From Paramicrosporidium saccamoebae KSL3 (Eukaryota > Fungi > Cryptomycota): a DNA stretch of 32,000 nucleotides. Made by a program: the position numbers and the translations under genes. The notes under the pieces were generated by a model that did no database searches, had not been told where the DNA came from, and worked only from the letters and a program-made list of their open reading frames with translations. Positions 1 to 10,536 of the stretch are shown here, in pieces. The first letter of the stretch is position 1. The number at the start of each line of letters is the position of its first letter. The stretch is from positions 149,269 to 181,268 of the forward strand of contig MTSL01000150.1 of the NCBI GenBank assembly GCA_002794465.1. The letters run 5' to 3'.

Positions 1-282
1 AGTACCTGGCCCATTAATAAAGCCGATGCTATCGAAAAGTAGCCAAAGACAGCAAGCATTGTGCCTGCCTGAACTGTCAACATTTTTGAGAACCCTGGCA
101 TGTGCTTCCCGGGCCCTTTGGATGATAGGTTGACAGCTTTCAAACTGCCCGACTCTCATTGGTCGGTAGCAAGTCAACGGTCGGCAAGATTGTAAAAGTG
201 GATGGTTGATAAAAATATAAAAATGGACGGGTGGCCATAATATACAAGGTAGATGATCGGTTGATGATGATGAAAAAAGTGG

Positions 283-360
283 GCGATTGATAATACAAAG
301 CTTGGATGGTTGATAGTGGCAAAAAGAGTGTGCGATTGATAATGCAAAACTTGGACGGTT
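283..360. repeat. Intergenic direct repeat, 49-bp period, with more degenerate copies upstream to about 194
   Basis: GCGATTGATAATACAAAGCTTGGATGGTT (283-311) versus GCGATTGATAATGCAAAACTTGGACGGTT (332-360): 26/29 identical, all three mismatches are transitions. Confidence 0.75.
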
Positions 361-706
361 TGTGACGTAGAAGACTGATTAGTATGTCTTTTGGAAATAG
401 TTCTCTAGTTTGGAGAAGGGATAATCAGAACAATCGATGAAGGATAATGAGATCTATATCTTACCATTTGAGGATTATTACTATGCAACTCGGGAGACTA
501 TAAAAGGGCTATTGGATTAAAAATGAGCGGGTTCTCTTCCCGCTTGAAAAAGTCCGTAGTATTATCCCCACTACGCGACAGGTTGATACTATAAAGATTG
601 ACGAATGAAAACACAAAAAATGGACAAAGGATCAGGACAGAGCTTTTAGTCACCTGCGATCACGCTATAGAAAAGGGCATGCAATGTTTTTATACAAAAC
701 GAATGG

Positions 707-1321
707 CTACTTTGTCCCAAGAAAGTCAAATATCAACACATTATCGCCTGTTGTACTGGGATCGTCCGATGTCGAAAAGCCAGTTGCAAGAAACGTGTCC
801 AACGGTTGTACATGTCGGCCCCCGGTGACACTGTCAGAAGGAGGAGAGCTGCCGGTAGAGGGGCTACTAGAGGATCGTTCTTGACGTCTTCGCGGCTGCA
901 GCTGCGCATGTCGAATGTTAACAGCCTTCGGGTTGTTGGGCTCAGGGGCACAAGTCTTTGCAATTCGCAAAATTGCTTTAATATGCTCTGACCTCGAAGC
1001 GTGGATTCCTGCCATAGCCCAAATTTGCACCAGCTGTTCGTCAGTCGCATAGTCTTTAAAAAACTTTATCGGCAGTTGCTTCAAATCACTTTTAGTGGCA
1101 CCGGCAAAATCAATCCGACCAGGTTGTAGGTAGAGGTTCATCTTGTGTAGCCATTCTCGTACGGAGCAGTCATCAAAGGCGTTGTCTAAATTAAGCACCG
1201 TCCTTTTGCCCTCTTCGTCGACGAGGTAGAGGACAGCCGAGACACGGAGGACTAAACCAAGAAGGAGCGCAATCCACAGCGTAGGCCAAAGCATAGACCG
1301 TCCCGCGGGCGGGCTGGTCAT
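707..1321 (-). CDS. Hypothetical protein, probably secreted (signal peptide, ~100-aa globular region, Ser/Thr/Pro-rich tail)
   Basis: The ORF-track start at 1345 is GTG; the first ATGs are at 1321 and 1294. From 1294 it reads MLWPTLWIALLLGLVLRVSA|VLY, a typical hydrophobic signal peptide. No family recognised. Confidence 0.6.
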   Translation of the reverse strand: MTSPPAGRSMLWPTLWIALLLGLVLRVSAVLYLVDEEGKRTVLNLDNAFDDCSVREWLHKMNLYLQPGRIDFAGATKSDLKQLPIKFFKDYATDEQLVQIWAMAGIHASRSEHIKAILRIAKTCAPEPNNPKAVNIRHAQLQPRRRQERSSSSPSTGSSPPSDSVTGGRHVQPLDTFLATGFSTSDDPSTTGDNVLIFDFLGTK

Positions 1322-1625
1322 ATAAGGGGAGATTACATATTTCACGTGACCTTTGCAAATTTCTCAACACTTTATCTAGTCAGCTAGTTGATCTTGTGAT
1401 ACTATATTTCTCCTGATTGATGACTATTTAACACTGCATGGTCAGTACACAAGTAATGCAACAGGCCGAAATTAAGCCCTTTTACAGGAGGACGAATGGC
1501 TCCAGGGCGATACTAGACCCTTCCAAATATATATACTCTCTCATAACTACACATATTTATGCAAATAGCACTGTCATCTCGACACATTTGGTCCGCCGGA
1601 CACCCCCTGTCAGGCCTCATATCAA

Positions 1626-1949
1626 ATGGTAAGTACCTTCCCACACATCCCTACACCCACCAATCCCCCTTCCATCCATCCCGCCGATACTAAATTTGTA
1701 GCCGAAACAGATCCAGGATATCAAAGAGTTCTTGGCCTTGGTGAACAGCAAGGACACCAAATGTACATTCTCGTCCGTTGACTAACGCATGTAGCCATCA
1801 AGATTAAGCGCAACAAGGACAACGTCAAGTTCAAGGCGCGCACTCCCCGTTTCCTGGTCACCTTGGTGGTGAAGGATACCGAGAAGGCTGAGAAGATTAT
1901 CAAGCTCCTCCCGCCGACCCTGAAGCCCACTTATATCAAGTCTGCTTGA
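1626..1949 (+). CDS. RPL38: 60S ribosomal protein eL38, 72 aa, 3 exons
   Basis: Exons 1626-1628, 1702-1762, 1795-1949. GT-AG introns of 73 and 32 nt (the second has a GACTAAC branch site). Spliced product [72 protein letters not shown] is a clear eL38. Not in the ORF track. Confidence 0.96.
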
Positions 1950-1986
1950 ACACTGTTCTGATACATAATAAAGCGCTTTATTCGGA

Positions 1987-4900
1987 TTAGGCGGTAGTGG
2001 TTTGGGCGGAACGAAGTTTAAGAGTCGTCTTCTTGGCAGTCTTTTTTTGTTCGACCTGAGCAATATTGGTGGAACGATCCACGCCAGAGACACCATCTCG
2101 GAAACGTGTCCGGAAGAGCACATTTGCGTTTGCAAACATGCCCTCTTTTAGAGAGACGACAATGAACTGTGATCCCCTAAATCGGCTCTTCAAAAGTCGT
2201 CCAATGTTCTCGGTATGCGACAAGTCCAGGGCCGCGTCGACTTCGTCCAGAATGTACATGGGCGCTGGCTTGAACTGTAGTAGGGATAGGATCAGGGAAA
2301 GCGCAACTAATGATCGCTGCCCACCACTGAGTTCGGAGAGGCTCTGCTTCCACACCCCACCGAGGCATACTTTGATTTCGAGACCATCGGTGATCGGCCG
2401 CCCTTCCAAGGGATCTAATTTGGCAGAGCTTGCAGGTAAAAGTTCGCCAAAGATCTGACCAAAGTCCGAGTTCACTTTGGTCCAAGTCTTGTGCAAGGCC
2501 TCCAACATGTAATCATTGAGCTTGGTGATGGTTCCTTCAATCTTGCCCCTGTCATTCTTCACTGTGGACAACATTTGTTTCAGGGAGTGGTCCTTGGATT
2601 CAACTCGGTCGATCATATCCATGACATTAAAGTTGATCGTTTTCCGCAGCGTCTCCTTCTGTCCCTCAAGTTTAGAGACCCGACCCTCGACCTCTGACAT
2701 GTTGTACTGTGAATAGTCGAACATTCCACCGCTAACACCAAACTCTCTACACAATAATACCAATCAGTAAATAGTCTCTACCTCTTGGAGTCATTGATCC
2801 ATGGATTTCCAGAAATCAAGTTTTGCAAGAAATCGGACAGTCTCTTAACCTCCTTCTCAAGCAAAATCATGGAATCTTCAAGCTTCTTTCTCTCCAAGCC
2901 TAGAGATTCAATCTGCTCTTCCAGTTCGCTCTTTTTGGCATCCAAGGCCTTCAACTCGTTGTCATATTGACGTAAATGCCTTTGTTCAGTATCCAGTTTC
3001 ACTCGTAAACCGGTATGTTGAGTCTAGTTGATTAGGAACCACAAGTGCTCATACCATGACACTGAGACATTCGCTCTCAAGAGACGCCACTTCTTCAATG
3101 GTGCCTCGTAAAGAGTCCTCCGACTGAGTTTTTTGTAATTGCAAACTTGAAATCAGGCCCTTGGATGCATCTAATAGTTAAACAGGAGCAGCCGACTAAC
3201 CTAGCTCATTGTTCAGGTTGTTGAATTCCCCGGAAATCTTTTTAAAGGCAGCTTCTCCTTTGGAAAGTTTTGTTCTATATGTACCAATTTGTTTCTAAAC
3301 AGTTGAGAACTGATCACAGTTTGCATACAGTCAGCGAGGCCAGCTTTCCCTCTCGATCATTGCTTAGCTCGGATATTTCAGTTTCATACAAAGCGCAATC
3401 CTTCTCGGCCTGTTCTGCAACTGTGGTTTGCTTTTGAATTTCACCCTCAACATCTTCCAGTTCAGCTTTTGCTGCCTTGTAGCGTTCCAAAGTTTGTCCG
3501 GAGGAGTTTAGTTCAAATTGACGCGTCAGGGTTGCCAGTTCCTGCTGCTTAGCCTTCAAGCTTCGCTCCGACTCGATATGGCCGCGACGTCTTCCTTCCA
3601 GTACGGAAATTTCCTTCTTGACAACATCCAATCGAGCTTGCATTTCGGCACCGTTTGTTGTGAGCTGCCGGAACCTATTCAACTTGGCAATAATGTTTCC
3701 CGACGAAGGAGATGACCCGCCCGATAGAGTTCCAGAAGGCTCGTACACATCGCCATCAACCGTAACAGCCCGATGACCAAATCGTCGGTCAAAAGCCATC
3801 AGAGCTGCCGACTCTTTGTTATCGCAGATAAAGGTGCCCCCAAAGACGTATTGCATCGCCTCTGAGACATCCTTTTCATAGCCGATCAGTGACAAGCCTA
3901 CCTTGGCCTGTCCCTTGGTGACCTGGTCTGCCAACGCCAACTTTTCACTAGGAATGGATCGAGACTGAATCTTGTTAAGCGGAATAATGGTTACACGGCG
4001 CGTCAGCTTTCCCTTGTCGAGGAGAATGGCCGCAGTCTTCTCATCCTCAACAACGACATTATACAGACGACCACCTGCAGAGACTTCCAACGCCGTTGAA
4101 TAATCCTTTCTCGATTCATCAAGATGGACGAGTTCGGCCACCACACCTTTCACTTTGCCGTGATCAAAATTTGCATCAGAAATGCTGTATCTAAATTCGA
4201 CACTAGTGACAGCACTGCGCAAACTATCCAGTTCTTCCTGGATGAGGGACAGATTTGCTTCCAATTCAGTACGCTCCTTAATAAGACTCCCAATATTACT
4301 GCTTGGCTCTTCTCCTAGCGGCTCCGTCTCCAGTGTTGAAATTTGCAATTTCAATGCATCAATCTTTTTTACAACCATCTCACTATCTTTTGTGGCGCTC
4401 TTTACCTTGCCCTCCATTCCAGAAATTTCTGACTTGAGCGCCTTTGCTCGCATTTGTGCCTGCTTTAGGGCGGTTTGTGCTTGGCTTTGTCGATCCTTGG
4501 ATTCTTTCAGTAGTTTAGCATATCCAGTCTCAGAAGATGTGTCAGTGACAGACAGACCCGTCTCCAGCGAACGCAACAGTTCTTCATCTCGTGCCAGGTC
4601 GCACTGCAATTTTGTTCGTGTCGCATCGGCCTCTGAATATTTAGAATTAATTCCACTGAGGGCTGCAGTCAAGCGTTCAATTTTAGCATTCTCGTCGTCA
4701 ATCTTGCTGGATATTTCAGCAATAGATCTGTCCTCTGCCTCGAGCGCTTCTTTTTTAAAATTAATATCCGTCTGTATGCGCACCATTGTCGAGGAAATTT
4801 CCCTGCATGCCATCTCCAGCTCTTTGACTTTGTGACTAGCCTGCGATTCACGTTCGCGCTTCTTAGTAACGTTGAAAATGTCATCTGCCACCTTTTCGGC

Positions 4901-5753
4901 TTCCAGAGTCTTTTCTTTGACGTCAGAAGATACGTTCGTTAGAGACTCTTTGCAGTCTTTCATTTTCTGCTCCCCTTTCTCAAGAGCCTGCATGTTTTTC
5001 ATGTACCGGAACGACTTGACCAGTCTCTGTAGACGTTCCAAGTCTGCCTCGGTGCGTTTATACTCTAAAAATTCGGATCTCTCGGAACGAAGAGCATTCA
5101 ATTTTGGCTCAATAGTGTCGTTCAGCAGTGCAGCAATTTCCTGCACTTTCTGTTCCTTCTTATCCAAGGTGCTGATGGCTTTGTTCTTCCGATCCTCGAA
5201 CATCCTCGTGCCCGCAGACTCTTCAATCATTGCCAAAATCTCTTCTGGCTTCATGTTCAGAACTCGTGTAATTTGGCCTTGCATGATGAGGAAGTGCGGA
5301 TTGTTCACATTAAGCTGGACGGATTGAAACAAATTTTCGACTGCCTTTTGCTGGGCATTGTGGCCGTTGATTAGATACTTGTTCTTTCCATTCAGGACGA
5401 TTTGACGGGTAACGGTGACTTGCGGACAATCGGCGTATCCGACCGGACTCTGCGCGGAATTTGAATTATTAAAAACGACCGTCACGGATGCTTTTGTAAT
5501 TCCGGCCTGTCCCCTCTTATAGACCAAATCCTGGAGACTGGTGGCACGCACCTACAATGGTCATCACCCCACTCTAGAATTGCACCTGTCGCAAATTATC
5601 GATTCCGAGGACAAAACAAATGGCATCCAGGATATTTGATTTTCCCGTTCCGTTGAGTCCCGTGATCGCATTGAATTCTGGGTCCCAACCAGAAATCACC
5701 GTCCGGGTGGCATAGCTCTTGAAGCCCTCAAGGATAATTTCCTCCACATACAT
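1987..5753 (-). CDS. SMC2: Condensin subunit SMC2, 1200 aa, 6 exons
   Basis: Exons 5753-5586, 5551-3329, 3294-3201, 3170-3055, 3023-2782, 2746-1987 (introns 34, 34, 30, 31, 35 nt; 3603 nt in frame). N-terminus [14 protein letters not shown], Walker [10 protein letters not shown], hinge domain, signature [13 protein letters not shown], Walker [16 protein letters not shown]. Confidence 0.96.
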
Positions 5754-5831
5754 CCTGAGAAGCCCGCCAATCGCCGCCGGGGTATGGCTGGTCTTCCCCC
5801 GCCAGTGCTACCTCCCATTGGGGAGTTGAAA

Positions 5832-6281
5832 ATGACCCATTTGGCCGACCTGAAGCCGTTTCTAAAGAACATAAATTGTAAATTCATAGTTCTCAAAAGA
5901 GGTAGTCGCGTGGAATAGCTAATTGGCAGTTGAGGATGGAAAGGCCGCAAAGGACGGTGGATATGTATACACATATCAGGTGGCCGACGAGTCGGGTTCG
6001 GTGCTGGCCACTTTTTGGAACAACGTGGGAGCATCCGTGAAAGCAGGTGATATAATCCTAATGGCGGGCGGGTACGGGTTGGAATAGTGACGCTGATGTA
6101 TAGCTTTGTGACAATGTTTAAGAATCAGATAAGGATCGCTTGTAAAATGGGCACAATGGCCCGTCTTGGCCGTTTCAATATGATTTTTGACGACACGGTC
6201 GATGTATCCAAGCCCCTTTGGCTACCAAACCCAACTAATCCACAGGAACTGGTTAAACAGGAACCACCAAGTAAACGATAG
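5832..6281 (+). CDS. SOSS complex subunit B / NABP (hSSB-type single OB-fold ssDNA-binding protein), 129 aa, 3 exons
   Basis: Exons 5832-5901, 5930-6071, 6104-6281 (introns 28 and 32 nt). The spliced protein MTHLADLKPFLKNINCKFIVLK...YQVADESGSVLATFWNNVGASVKAGDII...LGRFNMIF parallels the hSSB1 pattern KDIKPGLKNLN.IFIVL...VADKTGSI...WD.VG..IQPGDII...IGEFCMVY. Confidence 0.85.
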
Positions 6282-6444
6282 CCGATTAAACGGTTCATGT
6301 ATATGTGGCTGTGGTAAAGAGTGAGAAATGTTGATTCGTAGTAATAGCAACCAAGAGGCTTTGATCTATTCTCTTGTAGTAACCAAGACTTTATTTTCAG
6401 TCTGTTAATATGATATTTCATGGTATACCCTTACATAGATTATC

Positions 6445-7423
6445 TCATAATGTACAATGCTCTACGCAATCTTCCAGGCTGTGTTCTCTAAGGGCAGCGT
6501 GGTAGAGATTCCTTACTAGCATGGCCACAGTCATCGGACCCACACCTCCCGGAACTGGTGTAATTGCTTTAGCAACCTTTGAGACGGACTCGTAATCTAC
6601 ATCTCCTACAAGTCTTGTCCGGCCGTTCGGCTCAATAACCCTATTTACACCCACATCTATAACGACAGCACCACGCCGGATCCATTCTGCCTTTACAAAT
6701 TCAGGCTTCCCAATTGCGGCAATAACCAACTCGGCATCTTTTAAAACTGAAGGAAGCTCAGTGGTTTGTGAGTGGCAGAGTGTCACAGTGGCGTGGCAGC
6801 GATTGAGCATCAAGGCTGTCGGCATGCCAACAATCCTACTCCTCCCAATCACTGCAACCTTTTTTCCAGCAACGGAAATGTTGTAGTGCCGCAAGATTTC
6901 AAGGATCCCAGCCGGTGTGCATGGGTAAAAGTCCGGCCGACCGTATTGGAGAGCCAGATTGCCCAGATTCATTGGATGCAGGCCATCAACATCCTTCTTT
7001 GCAGAAATGGCTCTTGACAAGACATCTGCCTGATCCTGTTGGCCATCGGCTAGTATCACAGGGGATTGTACAAGTATCCCGTGGCAGGAAGGGTCGGAAT
7101 TTAAAAATCGGATCCTGTCAAAGACTTCCTGTATGTCAGGTCGGATGAATTCATGCATACGTGCATCAAATCCCACCTAAATGGCATCAGTTACTTTCCA
7201 GCTGGCAACCTGTCTTAACGCACTGAGCTTTTGGCGAATGTACACGGCAGTATCAGGGCGGTCATTGGCCTTGATTATATCCAGACGGGGCATGAAAGCT
7301 GGGTTCTTTATCCGCACTCTGGAAAGCTCCTCTGACACTCTTTCCAGACACGCTCTAATGCCGCATTAGAATCAAAAATTCTCAATGCCTGGCGACAGTC
7401 TTTCCACATAGGATGGCGGCCAT
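6445..7423 (-). CDS. Methylenetetrahydrofolate dehydrogenase/cyclohydrolase (FolD-type D/C domain only), 303 aa, 3 exons
   Basis: Exons 7423-7389, 7354-7210, 7176-6445 (a 34-nt GC-AG intron and a 33-nt GT-AG intron). Motifs YIRQK (YxxxK), KDVDGLHP, PCTPAG, GRSRIVG, ITPVPGGVGPMTVAML. Confidence 0.93.
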
Positions 7424-7446
7424 GATGGGGTCCCGCCAACCAACCC
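7424..7446. promoter_or_regulatory. Putative bidirectional promoter region: 23 nt between divergent start codons (MTHFD / GPR89)
   Basis: Both N-termini match their family starts (MAAILCGK..., MAGYLSD...). The promoter function itself is inferred. Confidence 0.55.
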
Positions 7447-8837
7447 ATGGCAGGCTACCTCAGTGACATTTTCCTTCTCGCAATCACCCAACTTGCATTT
7501 TTTGCCGGCGGATGGCTCTTTTTCCTCCGAAAAATCTCCACAGAATACAAGGTCAAAAGTAAAACAGTCCTCGGCTTGTTTGCGGCAACCTTTTCGCTGT
7601 CCTGCACGCTCTTTGAGCTCATTATTTTTGAAATTTTGGATATTCTGGGAAGGGGCGTGAGACGGTTCATGTGGAGAATGAGTATCATTGGGATGCTCTC
7701 GATGCTGACTGTGGTGCTGCCAATGTACCAGATACGAATGGTGGTTGTGGGCAAGAATAGAGGTAAATAAGAAAGAGTCGCATTGTAACATTAGACTGGC
7801 GAAGGCGAAATGCGTTCCTACTCACTGCCTGTTGCTGGGCTGGCTACATTTGGGCATTTTGGAAAATTGGCGATCCATTCCCCATTCTCGGCAAAGAGCA
7901 CGGTTTTTTCACCATTGAACAAAGCATGAGCCGTGTTGGCGTCATTGGGGTGGCACTAATGGCCGTGCTTTCGGGGTTTGGTGCAGTGAGCGCACCCTAC
8001 ACCTACCTCTTTTATTTTCTGCGACCGGTGACCGACGAAGATATTAGAGATGTCGAGCATCGTTACGGCCAGCTGGTGAATATCATTGAGGATAAAAAGC
8101 ACAAGTTTGCCGAGCTGACTCAGAAGCACATGCTAGCCGGCGCCAATTCAAATAGAGGAGTGATGAAGAGAATGTTTGATAAATTTGCCTCAACCGTCAC
8201 CGTCACCGATGTTGACAAGATAGCTGAGGAGATTGTCACGCTGGAAGATCTTTCTCGTCAGCTTCTTGCCGATATGGATGACATGGTCTTGGAGAGGGAA
8301 CGTATTCAATTTGCAAAGACTTGGAAGGGACAGTATTTCAACATTCTTGGCTATCTACTGTCGGTCTACTGTATATACCGCGTCATCATGGCGGCTGTAA
8401 ATATTCTGTTTAATAGATTTGGAAGACTTGATCCTGTCACTCATTGGATTGGCTTGGCCGTGCACTATGTCAATGTGAACTTTGATGTTGAATTTTGGTC
8501 CCAACAAATCTCCTTCTTGCTAGTCGGTAGCATCATCTTGGCTTCTGTCCGTGGTTTCCTGCTCCAGCTCCTAAAGGCGGTCCGAGTGGTGTCCTACTTT
8601 GATCAGTCCAACGTCATGGTGTTATTTATGGCACAAATCATGGGGATGTATTTTGTCTCTAGCGTATTGATGTTGAGGGCCAACATCCCCCCTCAATATC
8701 GATCCATCATCACTGACATTCTGCAAGGGATCCGGTTCGACTTTTATACGAGATGGTTCGATATCATTTTTTTGCTCTCGGCAATGGCCAGCACTATAAT
8801 CTTGTATTTCCTAAGCCCGCCCGAAACAACTGATTAA
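7447..8837 (+). CDS. GPR89: Golgi pH regulator GPR89/GPHR-family multipass membrane protein, 452 aa, 2 exons
   Basis: Exons 7447-7762 and 7795-8837 (32-nt intron). Conserved FWKIGDPFPIL, SRVGVIGVALMAVLSGFGAV, FYTRWFDIIFLLSA. Confidence 0.92.
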
Positions 8838-9027
8838 TAAAGAGACCAACCCGAGTTGGGTATGGTTGTTTTACTCTCAGCAATGGCCAGTGCTATGGAG
8901 CTGTATTTTACAAGTCTACCCGAAACAACTGATCAATAAAAGATAACTCGGCTCAATATCACCTTTTATTCCCAGCAGTGGCCAGTACTATAGCTCAAAA
9001 GTCCACTCAAAACAACTGGCCAATAAA
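8773..9027 (+). repeat. Degenerate tandem triplication (~95-99 bp period) of the GPR89 3' end, including the stop and AATAAA
   Basis: GCAATGGCCAG at 8781 and 8880, GCAGTGGCCAG at 8975. CCGAAACAACTGATTAATAAA at 8821-8841, CCGAAACAACTGATCAATAAA at 8920-8940, TCAAAACAACTGGCCAATAAA at 9007-9027. Confidence 0.9.
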
Positions 9028-9162
9028 AAGGCATTAACTTGACCGCCTGTCTATTTTAGGAAAATGGTTCATGCGATACTAAATATAGCAACTCGATTGG
9101 CGAATGTGAGAGTAGGCAATAAAAGGCGACACGACGCTGGGCGACAGCTGGATTAGGTAGCT

Positions 9163-10536
9163 ATGTTTGGAGGTGACAATACTCGCAAGCTCTTGCTGGC
9201 CGGATATGCCATTTTGGTGAAACTGATCGTGGCTCAGGGCCGTGTTCTCGCCCCCATGGTTGATGCCAAGGACCCTTCCTTTGTGATTCCTGGGCAGTAC
9301 ATTATTGTCTTGAATGACGGTGATGTGCACACTGACGCGTTCCTCCAGCATGAAGTGTGGCTAACCACGCTCATCTCGGCTGGTGAGCCTGACGAGTCTG
9401 AAGTGGAGCACAAGTTCAAGATTGATGGCCTTGAAGGCTACAGCGGCAAGTTTAGTGAACGCATGATTGCCAAGATTCGAGAACGTTCCGAAGTAAAGTA
9501 TGTTGAGCCGGATCAGATTATGTATGCGCTTGATATGGTTGATGGGAAGACCCGCAAGTCGTTCTTGCAGGAAGCCTCTCGTGGCAAGAATGGAATGATC
9601 AGAAAGTCATCATTGAAGCGAACCACCAATGGGAAGGAGACGGGAAAGAAATCAACTGTCAAGAAGCAGATGAATGCACCATGGGGAATCAGTCGTGTCA
9701 GTCATGGTAACATGCCCACTGAACTGAGCAGGTACCATTATCCTCGCAGTGCTGGAAAGGGAGTTGATGTGTATGTCATTGACACGGGAATCAACATTGC
9801 GCATGCCGACTTTGAGGGTCGTGCCAAATGGGGCGCAACCATCCCATTCGGTGATGTGGACATTGATGGAAATGGTCACGGCACCCATTGTGCCGGAACT
9901 ATTGCAAGCAAAACTTATGGAATTGCCAAACGGGCCCATGTGATCGCCGTCAAAGTGTTGAGAACTAACGGATTTGGCACCAATGCTGATGTTATCAAGG
10001 GTGTAGAATGGACCATTGCTGCTGCCAAACGCGGAGCCAAGATGGGAAGAAGATCGGCTGCAAATATGTCGCTCGGAGGAGGACGTTCTCTCACGTTGGA
10101 AAATGTAGTGAACAAGGCAGTCAAGAACGGTGTTCACTTTGCTGTTGCTGCGGGAAATGACAACGAAGACGCTTGTGAATACAGTCCTGCTGGTGCCGAG
10201 GGTCCCATCACCGTAGGAGCATCCACTAACCGCGACATTATGGCCTTTTTCTCCAACCATGGTCCTTGTGTGGACATTTTTGCTCCAGGAATGGACATTA
10301 CCTCCACTTGGGTTGGATCACGCCGTGCCGTAAACACCATCTCGGGAACGTCCATGGCCTCGCCCCATGTTGCCGGTGTGCTTGCCTTGTATCTGTCTGA
10401 AAAGGATTATGCGCCAAAGGAGCTCAAGAAGATGCTCATTGAGCACGCAAACAGCGGATTGCTTGAGGAGCTTCCCGAAGAAACGATCAATCGTCTCCTC
10501 AGCACTCGTCATTTGTTGGAAACCCTTGCCCACTAA
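9163..10536 (+). CDS. Subtilisin-like serine protease (S8A, proteinase K/Prb1-type) with I9 propeptide, 457 aa
   Basis: Catalytic triad motifs VIDTG, HGTHCAG, GTSMASPH; oxyanion AAGND; propeptide IPGQYIIVL; hydrophobic N-terminus. Confidence 0.95.
   Translation: MFGGDNTRKLLLAGYAILVKLIVAQGRVLAPMVDAKDPSFVIPGQYIIVLNDGDVHTDAFLQHEVWLTTLISAGEPDESEVEHKFKIDGLEGYSGKFSERMIAKIRERSEVKYVEPDQIMYALDMVDGKTRKSFLQEASRGKNGMIRKSSLKRTTNGKETGKKSTVKKQMNAPWGISRVSHGNMPTELSRYHYPRSAGKGVDVYVIDTGINIAHADFEGRAKWGATIPFGDVDIDGNGHGTHCAGTIASKTYGIAKRAHVIAVKVLRTNGFGTNADVIKGVEWTIAAAKRGAKMGRRSAANMSLGGGRSLTLENVVNKAVKNGVHFAVAAGNDNEDACEYSPAGAEGPITVGASTNRDIMAFFSNHGPCVDIFAPGMDITSTWVGSRRAVNTISGTSMASPHVAGVLALYLSEKDYAPKELKKMLIEHANSGLLEELPEETINRLLSTRHLLETLAH

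Noticed and set aside
1-158. Minus-strand frames open to the left edge, one starting MLAVFGYFSIASALLMG (signal-like)
   Set aside because: Too short and truncated to choose a frame; adjacent sequence is needed.
283-360. CRISPR-like repeat-spacer pattern in the intergenic repeats
   Set aside because: Eukaryotic context, only 2-3 degenerate copies, no unique spacers, no cas genes.
430-884. Possible pseudogene on the plus strand (protein-like fragments MKDNEIY..., KNERVLFP..., MFLYKTNG...)
   Set aside because: It needs a frameshift and passes through stops, no family is recognisable, and part overlaps the antisense of the secreted-protein gene.
1346-1625. Possible snoRNA or tRNA in the longer spacers (TGATGA near 1420; also checked 6282-6444, 21143-21375, 30661-30974)
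   Set aside because: No properly spaced C/D pair with a terminal stem, and no cloverleaf or A/B boxes found by eye; an Infernal or tRNAscan run would be needed to exclude them formally.
4182-5327. 217-aa and 151-aa plus-strand ORFs
   Set aside because: Antisense shadows of the SMC2 coiled-coil codons; no motifs.
5740-7460. Microsporidian-type CCC/GGG motif just upstream of start codons (SMC2, SOSS-B, MTHFD, GPR89)
   Set aside because: Absent before several other starts (RPL38, NAB2, MscS copy 1, CCT3); a trinucleotide is expected by chance.
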